DNA of 64,000 bases. Source: Octopus vulgaris. Lineage: Eukaryota. A program made the translations under genes and the position numbers. The notes beneath the pieces were generated by a model. That model worked only from the letters and a program-made list of their open reading frames with translations, was not told where the DNA came from and searched no databases. The stretch spans positions 97,526,001 through 97,590,000 of the forward strand of contig OX597815.1 in the NCBI GenBank assembly GCA_951406725.2. The letters run 5' to 3'. Below, piece after piece: positions 56,363-64,000 of the stretch. The stretch's first letter is position 1. Each line of letters starts with the position of its first letter.

Positions 56363-56404
<42 letters not shown>

Positions 56405-56425
56405 ATATATATATCCATATACATA
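55895..56425. repeat. (TA)nTCCATATAC minisatellite interrupted by a unique ~140-bp insert (56185-56325)
   Basis: Recurrent ATATCCATATAC units. Confidence 0.9.
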
Positions 56426-56804
56426 CATATATATAGGCACATATATATAAACATATACGGTGTGTTGTGAATTCATGGAAAGGAATCCCATGTGAAAAAT
56501 AGAGAAGGGATGTTGAAATGTTAGAGAATTTTAATTCATGCAGACGATCGTTTCGAATAGCGATATAAAAAACATGCAAATTCGTGGTTGAATAGAAATA
56601 CATAAATTAATTAGATTAATTTAATTATATATAATTGTACTCATCAGTGCAAGAACAACTTTTTTATGAAGGATGTTAAAAGGTCATAGCAGAGTAGGTT
56701 TTTGGAGATTCATATTTGTCCCTATGACACATAAAGAAGAGTTGTGAGCATGTGGATGTGTGTTGGTGTGCGTGCGTGCATGGGAGTATGTGCGTATATA
56801 GAAA

Positions 56805-57245
56805 TGCATATGAACCTTTTTTGTGCGCGCGTGTGTGTGTGTGATCGTGTGTGCGTGTATGCATAAAATATTTTTTGGCGAATGTGGGGGTGCGCATGTG
56901 TGTGTTTCAAGCGAGTGTGGACGATCATATACACATAGGCACATGCATGTGAGTGTGCGTAAGCGTATGAGTATGTATAGACATGCGCGTTCGCCACGAG
57001 CATATTTATACCTTTACTTTTTATTCTTATTTCTTATTTTTCACACTTTTTACACAATGTTCTGCATTTTGCCTTTAGCCCTATTTTTTCTTGTGCATGT
57101 GTGTATATTGTCGTGTATATGAACCTCTTTGTGCGAGTGTGTGTGCGAGCGTGTATGCGCGTACGTATATATTTTTATTTTTTGGCGAATGTGTGGATGA
57201 GCATGTATGTGTTTCAAGTGAGGGTGGACGAGTATATACATATAA
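56805..57245. repeat. Diverged direct duplication (~130-bp units, ~310 bp apart)
   Basis: ATATGAACCT...TTTTTGGCGAATGTG...GTGTTTCAAG...GTGGACGA occurs twice. Confidence 0.8.
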
Positions 57246-57479
57246 GCTTGGCTTTGAACTCAGAACTTCTACATATGTGTGTGTCTGTGGTCTGAGGTCA
57301 AGCCATGGTCACCGGCCAATGCTTATTTATTTAAGCAAGGTTACCACACAACAACGCCTGCGATTAAATGTGTGTGTATGTATGAGTGTCTGTGTCTGTG
57401 TATGTGTGTGTAGGAATGACGGTGGTGGTACATTCTCTAATCAGTGATTATCTATTGAACAATCGCTAGAATATTTTAC

Positions 57480-58880
57480 TTTCCTCAAGTGTAATGACTC
57501 AAAAGGTGTAATGCCAGAGCTTCTTCACTCACTTTAGTAAATTGCTTTGTCGCTTGTAAAAGAAAAAAGTTTTCAAAAGTATTAGACTTTCTATCACGTT
57601 AGGACATAATTGTAAAGTAGCTAATTTTGTAGATTTAACATAGAAACTTAATAAAAACATCTATCACCCGCACCATAAACCCAACGAGAATCTACGATAT
57701 TGTAACAAATATTCTTACCTCCCTTGGGAGTTCATTAAGTGTATTATTAAATTGGTTCCTCTTACCGTATTCAAACTAAGCTAATGAAGAAATATTCTCC
57801 CAAGTATCCGTCTACCATAGAGCGGTTTTAGCAAAGATTGGATTTACAGGCAAGTTTTAATGAATGCCTGATGAGAGTGATTTTAAAAGGCTTAAGGAAA
57901 GTGGAGCGTATTCACAAGTACATAGTTGTTGTAATACAGCCACCTAGGAAAAACGTATTACTATACACACGAACTCTAGGGAAAGTCTCAATCACATTCT
58001 CAAATCTCGATTAACTACAAGCACAAATAGTCAAAATAACAAACGGCAGCGATGTCATACGACAATACATAATTCAAATCAGTTCCTAAATTGCTGAATC
58101 TTCTCAAGTAAGCTCTGATCTGGATGAGTTACGTAATAAGCTGTAAACGAGGGATAACCATCTCACCAAATATGACTTCAATGGATTTAACAAATGTTAA
58201 TCAGGAATACAATACTGAATCCAATAAAATAGGTAGAAACCTGTTACGTAAGAGAAATATTACGTTGTTTAACTCATCTTGCGGAATTAATGTAGTTTCG
58301 GATAATGCATTAATTTTATAAGGATTTTGGGAACGCACTCTCTCCTCTCAAACTGATATAGTAGAATTTATTGTCGCCATACTGTAGAATTTGCGTAATC
58401 CCCCACACAATCTGGCAGATAATATAGCAGCAATTAACAATAAAAAGTAAATAGTAATAGAGAACTTGCTTTTTATTATTCGTTAACATTTACGGCGTAT
58501 GTTCTTTGTGAATATTACATCTCAATCTAGAAGAGATAATACTGTGTATATTGTCTCCCTTTTAGTAGTAGTGTTAATACTGATAAAGTAATGTCTCTTG
58601 TGAATATATCTCTAATATTATGTGCAACGCTAAGGATCATATTTACTACGTTTTAAATAAAGAATTTCTCTGAACGAATGTAGAATATAATATATTTTTT
58701 ATCACCAGATACCTCACTATTATTTTCAAGTTAAAATTCATATTACTTAATTATGTACACCTCGTTCACTAGCTTTATTTGGAACCTCAAAACAAAGAAT
58801 AACACAGGCAATATCGTGCTCAATAATACTTATAGCAATTCAAAGGTAGCTGTAGCTTATGTTCTCAGAAATCACTCGTA
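57480..58880 (+). mobile_element. Second decayed Penelope-like element (RT thumb to endonuclease)
   Basis: FKSIRLSITLGHNCKVANFVDLT, HKPNENLRY, NEEIF, RNITLFNSSCGINV, NLADNIAAINNKK, IWNLK, CSLC. Confidence 0.75.
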
Positions 58881-58899
58881 AACCTGCAAAGTATTGATG

Positions 58900-59640
58900 G
58901 AAATGCATCGAAGGTCAATCAAGCGCAAGTTCTGCAGCTGCTTTGTCGCTCTTGTCCAACCACTTCTTTAAATTGTCCATATATTGTGTTTTTCGCCTTC
59001 CACTTGACCTACTTCCCTCTACTTTTACTTTCCTGATAATGTCTTGGAAACGTCTACTTCTTCGGATATGGTCATAGTATACGAGCTTTATATTTTCCTC
59101 AACGTTCAGGAGTTGTTGACTTTCACCTATTTCTTGTAGTATGCATTCATTTATCCGATGATATTTGTAAGAGATTCATGGCACTCGCCCATACACCTTC
59201 ATTTAAAACGTAGAGATTTTGTTGTCTTCAATTTTTTTCAGTGTCCATGCTTCACATCCATACATGCCTATTGGCCAAATGGACGTTGGCATTAGTCTTG
59301 TTTTTAACTTAGATGGGACATTTCTGCTGGTCCAGATGTTAATCTTTTCTATGTGTTCAGATTCTTTCTCTTACACGTGCCTTCATCAAAGATTTAGGTT
59401 CTAAGATACTTGTACATTTCAACCTGTTCTAACTTCTGACCAGTTTCATGTTAACCTTTATTTTCTGTTTTCCTGCAGCAGTGATTTTTGTTTTCATATG
59501 GTTAAGATAGAGATTATACGTATTTTATATCTTGACTCTATTTATCATTTCTTGTAGTCCGGTTTATTTTGTCAATTAGACCAGTATCGTCTGGATCCCT
59601 AGATCCAAAATATGCAAGCCATGTATTTTGGTGTCATGTT
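58900..59640 (-). mobile_element. Degenerate RTE-clade LINE fragment
   Basis: YGCEAWTLKK and KVEGSRSSGRRKTQYMDNLKKW. Confidence 0.8.
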
Positions 59641-59881
59641 CTTTCTGCATTAGAAGAAATTCTCAAATGCAAGACTAATTAGATAATTTATGAACATAAC
59701 AAATTATGGACTCGGTTTTTCAATAAAACTTGCTAATATTTCCAATTAATTAATTGAACTGAATTACGTCAAGGACAGTGTACTTATTCTGAAAGTCAGC
59801 TTTAGTTTTATTACTGGGGAAGACATATTACTTCTTGAAATATCTCGCTCAATGTATTTGTTTCGTAAATAATCATGTTAT

Positions 59882-60293
59882 GGATCTTTTCGGTTTGAAC
59901 GGCAGCTTCTAACATAATTTCTAGGTAACTAAAAAATGTTAAACTTCGCATGCTTGTAGAATGTATTTATAAAACATCTATTTCTCTTGGCTTTATTCAG
60001 AAAATTCTATAGTTTGCAAGATATTTGTTGTTGTTTTTCTTCAATTTCTGCAATTTCAACCAATCACTGACGTCTACTGAGGTAAAAACATTCTTTACCG
60101 TATGAATATATCCCTCGTTTAAGAAACAGATTAGGTTTATTTATATTTGTGAAGAAAAACAGATACCATTCCTCCACCCCTAACCCTAACCCTAAAATAT
60201 TGCAATACAATAGATCAATACTAGGGTCATAATTATGGGTGACAATTTTATATGACACCGCTAGAAAAACTGCCGTTCAAACCGAAAGGAACC
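59882..60293. mobile_element. MITE with ~28-bp TIRs and an 8-bp TSD (Merlin-like termini)
   Basis: GGATCTTTTCGGTTTGAACGGCAG ... CTGCCGTTCAAACCGAAAGGAACC. CATGTTAT is duplicated at 59874-59881 and 60294-60301. Confidence 0.85.
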
Positions 60294-60399
60294 CATGTTA
60301 TTTATTTAATCTTGTAAATTATAATAACCACTCTAGCAATATTCATTTCCATCACGTAAACGATATTCTCGCTGCATATTTTCAAAATTTTTAGTTCCT

Positions 60400-60760
60400 T
60401 ATGTCATTTAACTGCGGCCATACTGGAGCACCGCCTTTAGTCGAGCAAATCGACCCTAGGACTTATTCTTTGTAACTCTAGTACTTATTCTATCGGTTTC
60501 TTTTGCCGAAATGCTTAGTTACGGGGAGGTAAACACACCATTATCGGTTTCAAGCGATGTTGGGGGGGGGGGGTGCAAACAGACACACAAATACATATAT
60601 ACGTATATGTATATACATACATATGACGGGCTTCTTTCAGTTTCCGTCTACCAAATCCACTCACAAGGCTTTGGTCGGTCCGAGGCTATAGTAGAAGACA
60701 CTTGCCTAAGGTGCCACACAGTGGGACTGATCCCGGAACAATGTGGTTGCTAAGCAATCT
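60400..60760 (-). mobile_element. SINE family C copy with 3' tail
   Basis: Reverse complement of 19425-19737 plus a GGCGGTGCTCCAGTATGGCCGCAG tail. Confidence 0.85.
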
Positions 60761-61328
60761 GCATACTATTCAAAGCAGACTACTATGATATATAGAATAT
60801 CAGCGTTCTTTCAGACACGGATGTCGCATATAGCCGATATGCCAAGCGCCTATATGAGAGGATGCCTCAAGGCAAATAACGAGTACCCAGTGTTCTAGCA
60901 ACACATCCTCATTGAGTTGGATATTAAGTTCACCTTGTGGTAGTAATACGGATTCCATCACTAAAAATCAATTTTCAGTAAAACATCTGTTTGTTTGTGA
61001 CAATAGTCTGAAAGCATACTGAGATTCTGCACATCGTAGCAGTGAGATTTGACTGACATAGAGTGACAGGACACTTCCAAATGATGATTTCCCCAAGAAT
61101 GAAATCAAATGATATAGCAATTCCGACACCCATGACAAACAGTTCTCCTCTGTTACGATCTATCTGCCTGCGTTTATGCACCAAGCGCGTATAAGAGACA
61201 ATTTTTCAATACCAAAAGCGCAGTTTTCTGTGTTCTAACAACGCATCTATGTTAAATTGAATATGCCAATTCCGTCGCTACTAATTGTATATGTGTGACT
61301 GTGTCTGTTTGTGTGTGTGTCTGTGTAA

Positions 61329-61386
<58 letters not shown>

Positions 61387-62352
61387 TTGTGTGTGTGCGT
61401 ATGTGTGTGTATACATACATACATATATATACATATATATATGTGTATACATATGTGTATATATATATATAGAGAGAGGTATAGATATGTATATATATTA
61501 TATATGTTTATATATATGTATGTAAAAATGTATATATATACGTATATATATATGTATTCCTGTATGTATATATATATGTATATATATATATATATATGTG
61601 TGTGTATATATATGTATGTATGTATGAATATATATGTATATAGTTAACTTTCAGTTACGGTATCATCAGCAAAGTGTACTCCAAGCAGTGAGAGACAAAA
61701 ATAATTAAAATCAACAGTATTTACAATAAGAGCTAGTAATAGTTTCTTGCTAAAGATACCCGGACTTTAGGCAGATTATATAACGTACCTTGTGTATCTT
61801 AGCAAACTTCAGGCTTCTGAGCCTGAAGATTTCTTAGAGACATAGAATAATAAATGAAATGAAAAAATAAGGTAAACTTCTAACAGAGCTGGAAGTTTTA
61901 TATAGGGCTTCGTATTTCTTCAGAAGTATACATCAAAGAAATGTGTATTTAGATAGATCCTGACACTAATTTGGATAGTCAGTTGCTTGTACTGGTAGCG
62001 GGAGCTCCCCACGTGTTAGTGTCGTTGGTGCGTTGGAAGTCACATTTGGAATGGTGGTAGAAGGGATGGTGAGAACCAACTGTAGGGTGGAAGCGGTGTT
62101 GGTAAATTTGGTTGTCCATGGTGGTGAATGCTTTGGTAAAAGTTATAGCGGGTGATGTTGTTGTCTACATCAGGGTAGTCGGCAATAGCAAGATTGGTAG
62201 ATGTCGTGGTAGCATTAGTTGATGGCGCTAGTTGTGTATATTCTTGCAGAAGTCTTAGGGAAGGTGGTAGATGGCAATCAGCAACAAATTTTGCGCGAAG
62301 CAGCCGGAAGTGACAGCAGAGGGGGTGCGATGCCGGAAAATGCAACAATCTT

Positions 62353-62449
<97 letters not shown>

Positions 62450-62454
62450 GTATG

Positions 62455-62516
<62 letters not shown>

Positions 62517-62747
62517 ACCAAGAAAAAAGCAACAAGAATGGATTAGTAGTTTAGTACAATTGTTTCATACTAAGAGCAATTTTATTTGAAGCTGCAAATA
62601 TTGCAGCAAATACAAATGCTTTTTTCTTGGTTATAATCACCTCACATTATGTTATGGTTAACACCATAAAGAATTCTGGTGCATCTAAGTTAAGTACCAT
62701 ATTTATTTGAATTCATTGCAATTCACTTGAATCTTAATTGTTTTTGC

Positions 62748-62814
<67 letters not shown>

Positions 62815-62986
62815 ATACATATATAATTGTGGTCAAAACTTTGAGACGTAGGTCTTAAAATTAGAATTTTTATATTAAATGCCAAATATATAAGTTGCAT
62901 ATATTGAAATCGAACCGTACTTGGACATAAGAATTTTAATGTTTGGAAATATATTTCAAACTTTTGGCCACAACTCTCCCTCTCTC

Positions 62987-63037
<51 letters not shown>

Positions 63038-63630
63038 ATCTTGAAATTCTAGAACTTCAAGGTGTCAATTAGCTACACTCACCGTAACAGATGTATTGTA
63101 CTTAGCGAGACCTATATTGTTTGCCTTAGTCACTAAAAAAGGATGTTATTCACAGTCTTTTAGAATATTCTTTTAGATATTTTTCTAAAAATGTAATGGA
63201 CAAAACACAAAGATAACTTTGTTATTGCAAAGTGGCTCACATTATCTGTTTTGTCACAAGCAGATGCTTTATTTTACTGAAACTTGCATAATACTGTCGA
63301 TTTAATACATATTTTTTACTATCTTCAACCGTTATTTTCTGTCTTGTCTTGTTTTTCAGTCTCATCACGAGTAGTTTGTTTTTTGCATATTAGTCACCGT
63401 TATTTCTGCCAACAAATTTTTTTCATAAACATATAGAAATATTTTATTGATTTCATGATATTTCTTCCCATTTTCAGACGATATTTTTAATTTTTGTATC
63501 ATTTTTATGATTTCGGATATGTTATTAGTGGAAATAGGCTTAAATATATGTGAGTAAATTGCATAGATACTATACATGCCCATGCGCAATCCGACCCATG
63601 CACACACACATATGTATGCCTAACATATAA

Positions 63631-63664
<34 letters not shown>

Positions 63665-63669
<5 letters not shown>

Positions 63670-63857
63670 GAATTTACAAAAAATCAAAAGACGAAATCGA
63701 GTGTGTAAACAACAAACAGATGTATTACTTTAACGCTCGGGAAGTGAGAACGTCTTTTACGTTTCCGCCTACCCTCTTCGACAGAAAGGAACGCAGAAAT
63801 AAACAGGGGGAGAAAATAGAAAAAGGTTTAGTGTCTAGGGATCTATCATGGTGATCT

Positions 63858-63860
<3 letters not shown>
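63665..63860 (-). mobile_element. Family H element, copy 3 (hammerhead-like motif at 63754-63788)
   Basis: CTTT-CTGTCGA-A-GAGG-GTAG-GCG-GAAAC-GTA-AAAG, with helix II damaged. Sits between (TA)n runs. Confidence 0.7.
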
Positions 63861-63912
<52 letters not shown>

Positions 63913-64000
63913 TACATGTGTTTGTATGATTCATTCTATATATATGCAAATACATAAATATTTATATATGTGTATGTGCACACGTATATATATATATATA

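Noticed and set aside
55895-56425. Regularly spaced repeats resembling a CRISPR array
   Set aside because: Spacers are (TA)n rather than unique sequence, the context is eukaryotic and there are no cas genes
57868-57900. CTGATGA...GAAA as a hammerhead
   Set aside because: It lies within Penelope coding remnant, and helices I and III do not form
61747-61900. Cluster of short hairpins including a CTGAAGA
   Set aside because: CTGAAGA is sequestered in a 9-bp stem and no full ribozyme topology is evident

Overview
AT-rich, microsatellite-saturated animal genomic DNA. The SINE/LINE complement looks like an octopus (coleoid cephalopod) genome; this is inferred from recognising repeat families, not from a search. 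Almost all listed ORFs are low-complexity artefacts. One host exon is supportable: a 114-nt, phase 0/0, + strand exon (48037-48150) of a kainate-type ionotropic glutamate receptor, so the window is probably mostly very long introns. The rest is decayed transposons: three CR1-group RT fragments, two RTE fragments, a Tx1/L1 3' fragment, a Dong/R4 fragment, a Hero fragment nested in a Penelope element, more Penelope remnants, Tc1 and mariner-like fragments, a MITE with an 8-bp TSD, and at least four tRNA-derived SINE families. The most unusual signal is a set of short non-coding elements in (TA)n arrays carrying minimal hammerhead-ribozyme-like motifs, including a three-copy family with a non-canonical CUGUNGA core. 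Long fold-back palindromes are also frequent. All alignments and folds were done by eye, and boundaries of decayed elements are approximate.
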